DNA of 64,000 bases from an uncultured bacterium (GTDB taxonomy: Bacteria > Patescibacteriota > Saccharimonadia > UBA4664), in contig CAVRET010000001.1 of assembly GCA_963720265.1 (NCBI GenBank), positions 197,916-261,915 on the forward strand, written 5' to 3'. Shown here one piece after another: positions 54,958-64,000 of the stretch. The position numbers were made by a program, and so were the translations under genes. Positions within the stretch are counted from its first letter, which is position 1; the number at the start of each line of letters is the position of its first letter. The notes below the pieces were generated by a model. It saw only the letters and a list, made by a program, of their open reading frames with translations. It did no database searches and had not been told where the DNA came from.

Positions 54958-57256
54958 CGAGCCTTGGCTTGGGCTTGGGTGGTGCCGGGGCTGGGGGTTG
55001 AGGTGGCTCGGGTAGTCTTGAAAGTTTTGATGGCCACCAGTTCCAGCGGCCGAGCAGGACCGCGATCGAAGGTACAAGCAGCGTACGTACGAAGAAGGTA
55101 TCGAGCAGAATACCAAAGGCGATTGAGAAGCCGATTTGTTCGACTTGGGCATTCCCGCCACCGGACAGGCCAAGCACGGTGAAGGTGCCGGCCAGAATGA
55201 GGCCGGCGGATGTCACGGTGTTGCCGGTAATGCCGATGGCCGTAACCACGGCCTGCCGCAAGGAGGGGCCCGTATGGGTTTCTTCGCGGATACGGGTCAT
55301 GACCAGGATGTTGTAGTCTTCACCGAGTGCCATGGAGAAGATAAAGAGCAGGAAGGGCAGAATGAAATTGAGGCCGTCGCTGGATTTATTTAGATGCACG
55401 AAGACAATCATCGCGAACCCGAGCGTTGCCAGGTAAGACAGGCCAACGCTCGCAATGAGGTACCAGGGTGCGACCAAGCTGCGCAGCAGTATCGCGAGTA
55501 GTATACCAATGATCAAGAGTACGATCGGTACAATAAGTTTTAGATCTGATGTGGCCGTGTGACTAATATCGTATACAAACGCATCTTGGCTAAATACGCC
55601 ATTGGCATTGGCGCCGACATTGTTCGCGACCGTTTGGAGTCGAGTGCGTGCCGCCGGAATGGCGTTGGCGGCAGCGGTTGAGCCAGACGGCCCGGCCGAT
55701 AGGATGGCAAAGAACTGAATGGTTTTGCCGTCTGGGCTGATGAATTGGGAGAGCGACCGGTACAGCTGGTAGGTTTGCGGCGGTACGTGGCTATGGGTGG
55801 GCTGGGTCGCGGGGAGTAGATTTGGAGGCCCGAGCTCTTTGTAGAGTGCGGCCACGGTGGTTTGTGGCAACGTGAAGCCGCCAGGATTTAGCGGTCCGCT
55901 GACTGAAGAGAATTCCGGTGCCGTGGCGAGTTGGTCTGAGGCCTCGGCCACTGGAGTAAGGTTATCCCAGATAGGAGTGTCAAAGCGCAACAGCAGGATT
56001 TGCGGATTGTTACTGGTGGCCGGGAAATGGGCCGCGATTATCTTCGATCCGATCGCAGAGTCGGTACCGGCCGGGGCTGCGGCGTTGCCGAACCCACCCG
56101 TTTTGTAGCCGATCAGGCCAAGTGACAATGATCCCAGCAGCACGATGCCTGCGACCAATGTGATTACCGGATGCCGTATCACTCGTTCGGCGATCCGGCC
56201 CCAGAGTCCCAGCTTGAAGGTGCCTTGCCGGACCTTGGACGGCCAAAAAGCGGCCCGGCCGAAGATGGCCAGGAGCGCCGGCAGCAGGGTGAGGGCGGCT
56301 AGTAAAACCACGGCCAGGCCGATGGCCAAGGCCGGCCCGAGGCCTTTGTAGAACCCGAAGCTGGCCAGGAGCAAACTCAACAAAGCGGAGCCAACGGTGG
56401 CGGCTGAGAACGTGATAGCTTCGCCAACTTTGGACAGCGCCTGGACGACCGCATCTTTGGGTTCGAGGCCCCGGCGCAGTTCTTCACGGGTACGAAAGAC
56501 CAGAAACAGGCCGTAGTCGGTGCCAGCACCGAGCAGGAGCACAATAAGCAAGAGTTGGGTAATAGGTGAAACTTGTACGCCGAATCTTGTCGACTCGGCA
56601 ATTATCGGTCCCGCGACTACGAGTGATAAAGCGGCCGGGACGAGCGTAATGAGCGGTGCCAGGGCTGAGCGGTAGACGAGCAATAGCAGTACCACGATAA
56701 AGATGAGGGTGAAGTATTGAGTGTCGTTGCGGGTCGAATTGTTAGACTGATTCGAGTCTGCCGCCTCAGCTAGTGTGCCGGTGAGGTGGAAGCTAAGACC
56801 GGCCGGCGCATCGACAGTGGTGAAGGTATGGCGCACGTCGGACACGATCGTGAGCGCAGTCGGACTGAAGCCGGAGCCGCTTGAGCCCACCAGAATCTCG
56901 CGCACCTGGCCGTCTTTCGAGGTTGCCTGGTCGCGCACAACGCTGACTTTTTGGACGTGCCGTACCGCCTGTTCGAGGCGAGCGATAGCCGCATTGTCGG
57001 CGGCAGTCAGTGGTCCAGAATCCCGTGAGGCCACAATGGTCGAGGTAGCCAAACCGCTGCCGCCTTGAAACGGGGAATCGAGGTCGGATGCTTTTTGGCT
57101 GGCCGAATTTGCGGGCAGAAAGGCCGAATTATCATTCTTTGTAACGCTTGTCAGTGTCGGCAGGGTTTTGACCGCGAGCGGCACGGCGACTATCCAGAGT
57201 ACGAGGATGAGCCAGCGAAACCGGACTGCGAAGCGAGCGATATTTTTAAAGACCAT
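54947..57256 (-). CDS. MMPL-family (RND-superfamily) membrane transporter.
   Basis: 12 TM segments with two large extracytoplasmic loops and MMPL-domain conservation (GxDYxxF region). A Pro-rich C-terminal tail. Confidence 0.8.
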   Translation of the reverse strand: MVFKNIARFAVRFRWLILVLWIVAVPLAVKTLPTLTSVTKNDNSAFLPANSASQKASDLDSPFQGGSGLATSTIVASRDSGPLTAADNAAIARLEQAVRHVQKVSVVRDQATSKDGQVREILVGSSGSGFSPTALTIVSDVRHTFTTVDAPAGLSFHLTGTLAEAADSNQSNNSTRNDTQYFTLIFIVVLLLLVYRSALAPLITLVPAALSLVVAGPIIAESTRFGVQVSPITQLLLIVLLLGAGTDYGLFLVFRTREELRRGLEPKDAVVQALSKVGEAITFSAATVGSALLSLLLASFGFYKGLGPALAIGLAVVLLAALTLLPALLAIFGRAAFWPSKVRQGTFKLGLWGRIAERVIRHPVITLVAGIVLLGSLSLGLIGYKTGGFGNAAAPAGTDSAIGSKIIAAHFPATSNNPQILLLRFDTPIWDNLTPVAEASDQLATAPEFSSVSGPLNPGGFTLPQTTVAALYKELGPPNLLPATQPTHSHVPPQTYQLYRSLSQFISPDGKTIQFFAILSAGPSGSTAAANAIPAARTRLQTVANNVGANANGVFSQDAFVYDISHTATSDLKLIVPIVLLIIGILLAILLRSLVAPWYLIASVGLSYLATLGFAMIVFVHLNKSSDGLNFILPFLLFIFSMALGEDYNILVMTRIREETHTGPSLRQAVVTAIGITGNTVTSAGLILAGTFTVLGLSGGGNAQVEQIGFSIAFGILLDTFFVRTLLVPSIAVLLGRWNWWPSKLSRLPEPPQPPAPAPPKPKPRLVRL

Positions 57257-57286
57257 GGTGCGTATGGTTTCCTTTTACCTGTAGTT

Positions 57287-57685
57287 TCATAGGGCGAGAC
57301 TGAGGCCGGCGATGGCAACGCCAATGACGAGAGAGAGGCCGAGGATTGTAAGTGCTTTACGGCGATCTTTGCGGCGGAATTCAGCGGACGCGACGTCATT
57401 GGTTGTGCCGACGCTGCTTGCGACATTATAGAGTCCCTTCAAGCCGAAGCCGGCGCAAAAATGGAAGGCGTCTTGGAGAAAACCACTGGCGGCGGCGAAG
57501 GCTGGCAAAATGAGCACTAGGCGCCAACCCTTGGGAGCATGGATAGCTATCAGGATCACGAGCAGCGCCAGCGTTACTATGGCTCCGAAGATGCCGCTGG
57601 CACGACGTCTAGCGCGTTCGGCCGGTCCGATATTGCAGACCCCCGGAACATATCTTTGGCTGGGACGGGACGGATTCGTGGCCAT
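57287..57685 (-). CDS. Small hypothetical membrane protein (132 aa).
   Basis: Three predicted TM helices. Lies between the FMN reductase and the MMPL gene. Confidence 0.45.
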   Translation of the reverse strand: MATNPSRPSQRYVPGVCNIGPAERARRRASGIFGAIVTLALLVILIAIHAPKGWRLVLILPAFAAASGFLQDAFHFCAGFGLKGLYNVASSVGTTNDVASAEFRRKDRRKALTILGLSLVIGVAIAGLSLAL

Positions 57686-57687
57686 TG

Positions 57688-58293
57688 TTACCCTCGCATA
57701 CCTTTCAGTGTTTTAGTGAGCTCGATGAGCTCGTCAAAGAAGCTTTCCACGCGGTCGCCGCGTATACCCTCGCGCAGCGGTTTAAAGAGCTCAGGATTTA
57801 CCGGAGTCGGTTCGTTTATTGCGGCCAAATATACGTCGATTGGGATTTGAATGGCGTTGCGGATCGGCAGCATTTGCAGCTCGATTACGACTTGGCGTAA
57901 CTGTTCAATGGCCCTAGCGCCGCCGGCATTGCCGTATCCGACAAACCCAACCGGTTTGTGGTTCCATTGCGGAAATACCCAGTCCAGTGCGTTTTTGAGC
58001 ACGGCTGGATAACCGTGGTTATATTCGGGAGTGACAAAGATGTAGGCGTCGCCTTCGCCAACCTTGGCGGCCCATTTCCCCGCTAGGTCATTAGCATACT
58101 TCCCCTGGCTGCCGGCCGGGGAGATGGGCTCGTCAAAGAACGTCAGCGACCAATCCTTCAGGTCAATGAGCTCGACCTGCAGGTCGTCTCGCTTTTTTAG
58201 TTCGTCGGCTATGTAGCGGGCGGGTTTTTCGCCAAACCGCTTTTGGCGGGTTGACCCGATAATGATTTGAATTTTGATCGAAGGTGCAGCCAT
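57688..58293 (-). CDS. NAD(P)H-dependent FMN reductase (intact).
   Basis: IIGSTRQKRFGEKPARYIA...TPEYNHGYPAVLKNALDWV...GFVGYGNAGGARAIEQLRQV. Confidence 0.8.
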   Translation of the reverse strand: MAAPSIKIQIIIGSTRQKRFGEKPARYIADELKKRDDLQVELIDLKDWSLTFFDEPISPAGSQGKYANDLAGKWAAKVGEGDAYIFVTPEYNHGYPAVLKNALDWVFPQWNHKPVGFVGYGNAGGARAIEQLRQVVIELQMLPIRNAIQIPIDVYLAAINEPTPVNPELFKPLREGIRGDRVESFFDELIELTKTLKGMRG

Positions 58294-58305
58294 TTGTCTC
58301 TCCTC

Positions 58306-58767
58306 TTACGGTTGCGCAGCCGGCGGTTTCGTTTGCTCAAGCAAGGCGGTTAGTTTCTGGGTGATTGTAATGAGTACTTCTGCCTCTTCTGGTGTGAGCG
58401 CGGCTATGAGAGATTCCATGTGCTTGCGGCGCAGAGCGCAGATGCGACCCGTTAGCTCCCGGCCGGATGGGCTCAGCTGCAGTTTGATGATACGGCGATC
58501 GTGCTCGCTTGCGTGGCGCTCGACCAGATCGCGCCTGACAAGCGTATCAATGGTCTGAGTGACCGCACTTTGTGTTAAGAACAGCCGTTTGGCCAGCTCG
58601 CTGGTGGTCTGGGGATTTTCTACAAGTATCAATAAAATCTCAAGCTGGGTGCGGGTTAATTGCAGCCCTTCACCCAGTCGTTCACGAGCCCCCGCCATGG
58701 CTCGACGCATGGCGTCCATGGCTTTTTCCATCCGTGCCAGTTTTTGTTCTGCTGTATCCATAGTCAC
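58306..58767 (-). CDS. MarR-family transcriptional regulator.
   Basis: Winged-HTH (LTRTQLEILLIL...TTSELAKRLFLTQSAVTQTIDTLVRRDLVER). Confidence 0.8.
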   Translation of the reverse strand: MTMDTAEQKLARMEKAMDAMRRAMAGARERLGEGLQLTRTQLEILLILVENPQTTSELAKRLFLTQSAVTQTIDTLVRRDLVERHASEHDRRIIKLQLSPSGRELTGRICALRRKHMESLIAALTPEEAEVLITITQKLTALLEQTKPPAAQP

Positions 58768-58811
58768 TAATTATGTTAGTGACTTAAATATATTTTAGCA
58801 AGCAAAATCGA

Positions 58812-60839
58812 CTAGGCCTCGGTCATCGCTTCCGTAAATTGGCTGTTGTAGAGTGAGGCGTAGAACCCGCCGGCTGCTAGCAGGTGCTTGTGGGTGCCTT
58901 GTTCGACGATATTGCCGTCGCGCATAACAAGGATTAAGTCGGCGTCCCGGATCGTCGAGAGGCGGTGAGCAATGACGAAGCTGGTGCGTCCTTTCATGAG
59001 TTTGTTCATGGCTTTTTGGATTAAGACTTCGGTGCGGGTATCAACCGAGCTGGTGGCTTCGTCCAGGATTAAGATGGGCGGATTTGCCAGCATGGCGCGG
59101 GCGATCGTCAGCAGCTGTTTTTCGCCTTGGGCGACATTATCCGCTTCTTCATCCAGGACCAAGTTGTAGCTGCCAGGCAACGCCCGGATGAAGCCATCGG
59201 CGTGCGCGGCCTCGGCTGCCTCAATGACCTGTTTCTTGGTAGCCCCGACTTTGCCATAGGCGATGTTGGCCTGGATAGTGCCGTTAAAAAGCCAGGTATC
59301 CTGAAGCACCATACCGAAGAGGTGGCGGACATCCGAGCGCTTCATGGTACGGGTATCGACTCCATCGATCTTTATCGCGCCCGAATCTACGTCATAGAAG
59401 CGCATGAGCAGGTTGACCATGGTGGTCTTACCGGCTCCGGTTGGCCCAACGATGGCGATGCGCTGGCCTGGTTTGATGTGGGCGGTAAAGCCTTTAATGA
59501 TGGCAGTGCCGGGTGAATACCCGAAGCGCACGTCGTCGAAGCTGACGCTACCCTGGACATCCTTCAAAACAACGCTCGGTTTCGGGTCGGGTGACTGTTC
59601 AGGCTCGGCCAGGAATTCAAAGACGCGCTCGGCAGAGGCCGCGGCCAGCTGAATGACGTTAGCCACGTTGGCAGCTTGGGCGATCGGCTGATTGAGCTGG
59701 TTGATATACTGCAGGAACGCCTGGATGTCACCGATGTTAACGACGCCGCGGACCGCCAGCCAGGCTCCGCCCACGACGACTCCGACTAGGCCGAGGTTGC
59801 CCACAAACTGCGTGATGGGCTGGAGCAGCCCAGATAGGAACTGGGCCCGCCAAGCATTGCCATAGAGCTTAGCGTTTAGCTTGCGGAAAGTTGAGACGGA
59901 GCGCTGCTCACCGTTGTAGGCCCGCATGACCGTGTGCCCGGAGAACATTTCCTCGATATGTCCGTTGATCCGGCCCAAGGTATCCTGTTGACCCAAGAAG
60001 TAGCCTTGCGAGCGTTTAACGATAAAGATACTGGCGATTAAGCTGATGGGGATCGTGACTAACGCAATGATGGTCAGCTCCCAGCTGATCGTAAACATAA
60101 ACGCTATTACCCCAATGACCATAACGACTGATGTGATGATCTGGGTTAGGCTCTGGTTTAGATTCTGCCCGACCGTATCGACGTCATTGGTGACGCGGCT
60201 CAGAATATCACCGTAGGGGCGCCCGTCAAAGTACTTAAGGGGCAGACGATTAATTTTGGTCGCAATGTCACGTCTCAAGTGATACGTCACGCGCTGGACA
60301 AGATCCGCCATGATCCAGGCTTGGGCGTAAGCAAAGAGGGCGCTGATGAGGTACAGCAGGACTAAGAACAATCCAAGCCGGGCGATGTCTCTGAAGTCAA
60401 ACTGGGGCTTACCCGCCGTCAGGTCGATCTTATCAATCGTGGCTCTTTGGGCAGAAGGGATGTTTTTTGACGCGCTCGCCGGCAGCTTGGACAGGAGCTG
60501 GCCGGCAGTTGTTCCGGGCGGCAAATGGAGACCCGGCGGCAGCTCGGCCCGGATTTTAACGTAGGCCGATTGCTCCACGTAGCCGTCGACAATTAGATTG
60601 GTCATGTCGCCCAAAAGTTTGGGGCCGACGACGGTAAAGACCGTGGCTAAGACGGCAAATACGACGACCACACTTAATCTGGCCCAATAGGGACGCAGGT
60701 AGAGCAGGAGCTGGCGGATTGTACCCTTAAAGTTTTTAGCCCGGTCCGTGCCGAAAGCGACACCAAATCCCCCGCGGCCGCCTCCGCGGAAACCGGCTCC
60801 GGGGCCGGCGCTGGGACTGCGGGGTCCTCCGGCCGTCAT
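58812..60839 (-). CDS. ABC exporter, fused permease and ATPase (type I exporter, MdlB-like), with a Gly/Arg-rich N-terminal extension. Second subunit of a heterodimer.
   Basis: Six TM segments. Walker A GPTGAGKTT, signature LSGGQ-like (QGEKQLLTIARA), Walker B ILILDEATS. Confidence 0.85.
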   Translation of the reverse strand: MTAGGPRSPSAGPGAGFRGGGRGGFGVAFGTDRAKNFKGTIRQLLLYLRPYWARLSVVVVFAVLATVFTVVGPKLLGDMTNLIVDGYVEQSAYVKIRAELPPGLHLPPGTTAGQLLSKLPASASKNIPSAQRATIDKIDLTAGKPQFDFRDIARLGLFLVLLYLISALFAYAQAWIMADLVQRVTYHLRRDIATKINRLPLKYFDGRPYGDILSRVTNDVDTVGQNLNQSLTQIITSVVMVIGVIAFMFTISWELTIIALVTIPISLIASIFIVKRSQGYFLGQQDTLGRINGHIEEMFSGHTVMRAYNGEQRSVSTFRKLNAKLYGNAWRAQFLSGLLQPITQFVGNLGLVGVVVGGAWLAVRGVVNIGDIQAFLQYINQLNQPIAQAANVANVIQLAAASAERVFEFLAEPEQSPDPKPSVVLKDVQGSVSFDDVRFGYSPGTAIIKGFTAHIKPGQRIAIVGPTGAGKTTMVNLLMRFYDVDSGAIKIDGVDTRTMKRSDVRHLFGMVLQDTWLFNGTIQANIAYGKVGATKKQVIEAAEAAHADGFIRALPGSYNLVLDEEADNVAQGEKQLLTIARAMLANPPILILDEATSSVDTRTEVLIQKAMNKLMKGRTSFVIAHRLSTIRDADLILVMRDGNIVEQGTHKHLLAAGGFYASLYNSQFTEAMTEA

Positions 60840-62605
60840 GAGCTTGCTCCATGTGGTTTCGTGTGTGCCATTGTGGTGGTTAGCTCTTGTTCGGAAAGCT
60901 GAGACTCGGCAATTTCTTGGTAGACGCGGCAGGTCCGGAGCAGTTCGTCGTGGCTACCCTGGCCGACTATTTTGCCGCTATCCAGCACCACAATATTGTC
61001 CGCTAGCAGTATCGTGGATATACGCTGGGCAACGATGAGTACTGTTTTGCGTTTGGTGACTCCCTCCAGTTCGAGTCTAAGTTTTTGGTCGGTGGCAAAG
61101 TCGAGAGCCGAGAAAGAGTCATCAAAAATAAAGATTTCAGGATTGTAGGCTATGGCCCGGGCAATGCTTAGACGCTGCTTCTGGCCGCCCGACACATTCG
61201 TGCCGCCTTGGGCGATCGGGCTTTTCATTCGGCCGTCTAATTTGGTAATAAACTCTTTGGCCTGGGCCACAGCGGCGGCTTGATCGAGCTCGCGGGGCGT
61301 AGCTTTTGGGGCACCAAAGGCGATGTTGGACTCTATCGTGCCCGAGAAGAGGGTAGCCCGCTGCGAGACATAGCCAATCTTTTGATGCAGATCCGTTTGC
61401 AAAAGATCGCGGACGTTGACACCGTCCACCAAGACATCACCTGAGGTGGCATCGTAGAATCTTGGAATCAGGTTAACCAGGGTCGATTTGCCGGCACCGG
61501 TACTACCCACAAAGGCAGTAGTCTGACCGGGGCGGGCGATAAATGAAATGTTTTCCAAGACCGGCTTTTCCGAACCGGCATAGGCAAAGCTGACGTTCCT
61601 GAACTCGACAATACCAAGGTCTCCCTCAGCGGCTTTTTTTGGTTTTTTCGGATCTTCAATGCTGGGTTCGGTAGCCAGAACCTCGCCAATACGACCAGCC
61701 GAGACGATGGCTCGTGGGGCGAAGACAAAGATGATGGAGAGCATGAGGAACGCCGTGATGGCTTGAATGGCGTACTGAACAAAAGCCAGGACACTGCCGA
61801 TTTGGAGCGAGCCGGCATTAATTTGATAAGCCCCGATCCAGACAATGGCGATTGAGACCACATTCATTATGAGCAGCATAACCGGCTGGAGAGAGGCGAG
61901 GACGCGATTGACGAAGATGTTAATTGCCGTCAGGTCCCGGTTGACGTCATCAAATTTCTGCTCTTCCTGACCCTGACGGTTGAAGGCCCGGATTACCCGG
62001 ATTCCCGTCAAGAACTCGCGGGTGACGAGGTTCAGGCGGTCGACAATTTTTTGGACAAGTTTGAACCGGGGCAGGACGATAAGGAAGATGGTCAGAACTA
62101 TGGCGATGAGTGCCACGATGGCTGTCACCATGATCCACGTCAGGGAAGGCGCTAAGTGATCGGCTTTGTAGATGGCGCCGATTCCCATAAAGGGGGCCAT
62201 GAATGCGATTCGCAGTACGAGTAGCATGACCTGCTGGATCTGCTGCACATCGTTGGTGGAGCGAGTTATGAGAGAGGCGCTCGAAAAGGAGTTAAACTCC
62301 AGCAGCGAGAAGCCCTCAACCTTAGTAAATATCGCTTCTCTGATGCGCTGCGCAAACCCGGTTGCGATGCGGGTTGCCACGTAGCTGACGCCGACCATGC
62401 AGATGCCACCGATTAGGGCGACCGCAAGCATGATAAGCCCAGTGTGGTAGATATAGCTCGTGTTTTGAACAACGACACCGTTGTCGATAATTTCAGCCAA
62501 GTAGTTGGGTAATGCCAGGGTTGACCACGTTTGTCCAAATACCAGTGCCAGCAGCGCTAGCATTGCTAGAAGGTACGGCTGGAAATAGCGTGCAAGATGG
62601 CGCAA
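60836..62605 (-). CDS. ABC exporter, fused permease and ATPase, first subunit of the heterodimer.
   Basis: Six TM segments. GSTGAGKST, VSGGQKQRLSIARA, IFIFDDSFSALD. 4-nt overlap with the partner gene. Confidence 0.85.
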   Translation of the reverse strand: MRHLARYFQPYLLAMLALLALVFGQTWSTLALPNYLAEIIDNGVVVQNTSYIYHTGLIMLAVALIGGICMVGVSYVATRIATGFAQRIREAIFTKVEGFSLLEFNSFSSASLITRSTNDVQQIQQVMLLVLRIAFMAPFMGIGAIYKADHLAPSLTWIMVTAIVALIAIVLTIFLIVLPRFKLVQKIVDRLNLVTREFLTGIRVIRAFNRQGQEEQKFDDVNRDLTAINIFVNRVLASLQPVMLLIMNVVSIAIVWIGAYQINAGSLQIGSVLAFVQYAIQAITAFLMLSIIFVFAPRAIVSAGRIGEVLATEPSIEDPKKPKKAAEGDLGIVEFRNVSFAYAGSEKPVLENISFIARPGQTTAFVGSTGAGKSTLVNLIPRFYDATSGDVLVDGVNVRDLLQTDLHQKIGYVSQRATLFSGTIESNIAFGAPKATPRELDQAAAVAQAKEFITKLDGRMKSPIAQGGTNVSGGQKQRLSIARAIAYNPEIFIFDDSFSALDFATDQKLRLELEGVTKRKTVLIVAQRISTILLADNIVVLDSGKIVGQGSHDELLRTCRVYQEIAESQLSEQELTTTMAHTKPHGASS

Positions 62606-62618
62606 TTAGGAGCCCACC

Positions 62619-62852
62619 CTACAGTGTTTTCGGCGCGTCAATGGTAGCAGTTTTTATCAGCTCTCCCAGTGAACTGGTGATGAGCGCTGATTTACCGCGC
62701 TCGATCTTCATATAAGTATTTGGATGTATTCCAACTTTTTCCGCCATCTCAACTTGGGTCAGTTCTAGTATTGTGCGAGCTCCCTCAAGTTTTCTTGCAG
62801 TCTCAGTCATTTCAGAAGTAATTATAGCAAACGTGCTTAACCTCACTCCCAA
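62619..62852 (-). CDS. XRE-family helix-turn-helix regulator (small).
   Basis: LTQVEMAEKVGIHPNTYMKIERGK is an HTH_3 motif. Confidence 0.6.
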   Translation of the reverse strand: MGVRLSTFAIITSEMTETARKLEGARTILELTQVEMAEKVGIHPNTYMKIERGKSALITSSLGELIKTATIDAPKTL

Positions 62853-62927
62853 CAGGTCCAGCAGCCAGGTTATTTATGCTGAATCACGATAACGGATGCC
62901 GCGGTCGTTACTACGCAAACGTGGTGT

Positions 62928-63470
62928 CTACCACGACGAGCTGCTACTGGACTGCGATGCAGCCGGCGCGGAAGTAGGGGCCGCTGTAGCAGCCGCCGGT
63001 GCTGACGCGGCCTGTGGGGGCATGGGCTTCGCTAGGTGGAATCCACTCACATCATCGCCTGTTGCGCCGCCCGATGCGTCACCGACGAAGTAATAAAGGG
63101 GTAGCCCGTTGTATGTGTACTGAGTTTTGCCGTTGTCGCTGCGGGTGATGGTTCCTACGCCACTGGGTAGGCTTGTGGTCGAGCCGGAATCGACATATGC
63201 TGGCCACGTTGACAGGCAAGAGCCAGTACAGTTGCTCATTCCATTTGCGTCTTGGCTATAGGCGTAGAGCGCTTTGCCGCTGGGATCGGCGAGGTATTCA
63301 GCTACCGCAGAACTTGTTTTGGTAATAAGGACAGCATTATTGACTGCCGACGCGTTTGTCACTTTTGTCCCGGAGCTGGCCGTAGCCTTTGACATATGCA
63401 TTACGATGAGCGCGCCCCCTGCCACGACTATGACGACGGCTCCAATTATCACCAATAAACGTCTGCTCAT
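62928..63470 (-). CDS. Secreted protein of the conserved Yx(FWY)xxD lipoprotein-like family (COG4315 / PF03640-like).
   Basis: Signal or TM anchor. ...GKALYAYSQDANGMSNCTGSCLSTWPAY...GKTQYTYNGLPLYYFVGD... Confidence 0.6.
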   Translation of the reverse strand: MSRRLLVIIGAVVIVVAGGALIVMHMSKATASSGTKVTNASAVNNAVLITKTSSAVAEYLADPSGKALYAYSQDANGMSNCTGSCLSTWPAYVDSGSTTSLPSGVGTITRSDNGKTQYTYNGLPLYYFVGDASGGATGDDVSGFHLAKPMPPQAASAPAAATAAPTSAPAASQSSSSSSW

Positions 63471-63558
63471 GTCGTAATTTCTCCATTCAACTTATCTGCA
63501 TATAAATATAACGAGCTTCTTGACAATTTGTTACGACTACGGATTCACGTATGATTAA

Positions 63559-64000
63559 TTAATCAGCTTCATTTTTGACGCTGGCAATGGTTTCAGCTAT
63601 GGCCACGCGTTCGGCGTCACTCGACATGGTTTCCGCCTGCCGTAGTGTGCTTTCGCAGTACTCAAAATCCGCGTAGTTTCCGCCCCTATAGTCTGCTGCT
63701 TCGTTTTTGTAGCTTTTCAAGGTTGCATTGATAAGTTGCGGGTTATCGTGCAGTGCCACAAGCTGTTTCACTTCTTGCGCGCGGCGCATCATGAGGACGC
63801 CGCGATAGTTTGGTTCAACGATGACGGCGACGTTTTCCGTCAGCCGTTTGACTGGGTAGAGTAGGTTGCCTGGGTAAGTGTTCTGGGCAATTGACGCAAT
63901 TGCAAGCCCGATCGCGCCGACAACGGCAACACTGGCTACTAGCGCAGCAAAGGGACGGCTCTGTGGTCGCTTGACGGAGGACAGCCGAGGTTCCCTGCCC
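63559..64000 (-). CDS. Hypothetical membrane-anchored protein, 5'-truncated by the window edge.
   Basis: The minus frame stays open from 63559 to the window end. It contains a TM helix (FAALVASVAVVGAIGLAIASIA); the track lists only the internal-Met part. Confidence 0.45.
   Translation of the reverse strand, partial: GREPRLSSVKRPQSRPFAALVASVAVVGAIGLAIASIAQNTYPGNLLYPVKRLTENVAVIVEPNYRGVLMMRRAQEVKQLVALHDNPQLINATLKSYKNEAADYRGGNYADFEYCESTLRQAETMSSDAERVAIAETIASVKNEAD

Noticed and set aside
1-64000. CRISPR arrays, rRNA, intact tRNAs, IS elements or integrases.
   Set aside because: No regularly spaced direct repeats, rRNA signatures, complete tRNA cloverleaves or transposase/integrase ORFs were seen. 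The only repeats are the dockerin-coding modules and the paralogous genes.

Overview
This is a high-GC (roughly 58-62%), gene-dense segment that looks like a chromosome of a Gram-positive-type bacterium. Sortase plus LPXTG substrates, DUF4232, an MMPL transporter, coproporphyrin-type heme genes and many apparently leaderless promoters fit Actinomycetota, and perhaps Chloroflexota. Left to right the window contains:
- A tight four-gene operon (1-4868, minus strand) encoding a ClpB-like AAA+ ATPase with a degenerate D1 and a 732-aa acidic, proline-rich protein.
- Metal transporters: NRAMP MntH and a P-type Mg-ATPase.
- A coproporphyrin-dependent heme biosynthesis cluster, hemC-hemD-hemQ-hemE-hemH (11290-16022).
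- An AbrB-like regulator with an MFS DHA2 exporter.
- A tatA-tatC operon with a tiny downstream Tat-signal-only ORF.
- A region of secreted and surface proteins (20029-24571).
- A sensor kinase, a ClpC-like chaperone and an FMN-reductase gene broken by an in-frame TGA.
- The most striking block (34757-45677): three paralogous membrane-anchored beta-helix proteins that each end in a Pro/Thr linker plus a two-segment dockerin module, followed by a peptidoglycan-binding protein, a sortase and an LPPTG-anchored PKD-domain surface protein that could be the matching scaffold.
- A CHASE3 sensor kinase with a REC-only response regulator.
- A lower-GC (~42-50%) island (about 50600-54900) carrying a truncated alpha/beta-hydrolase, two paralogous Cys-rich secreted proteins, an N-terminally truncated E1/ThiF-like gene translationally coupled to a small Cys-rich protein, a nucleotidyltransferase, and an RHH-RelE/ParE toxin-antitoxin pair with a leaderless promoter.
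- An efflux-type cluster (MMPL, MarR, FMN reductase, heterodimeric ABC exporter).
No rRNA, CRISPR array or intact IS element was seen. All coordinates I derived myself (not from the ORF track) may be off by 1-2 nt.
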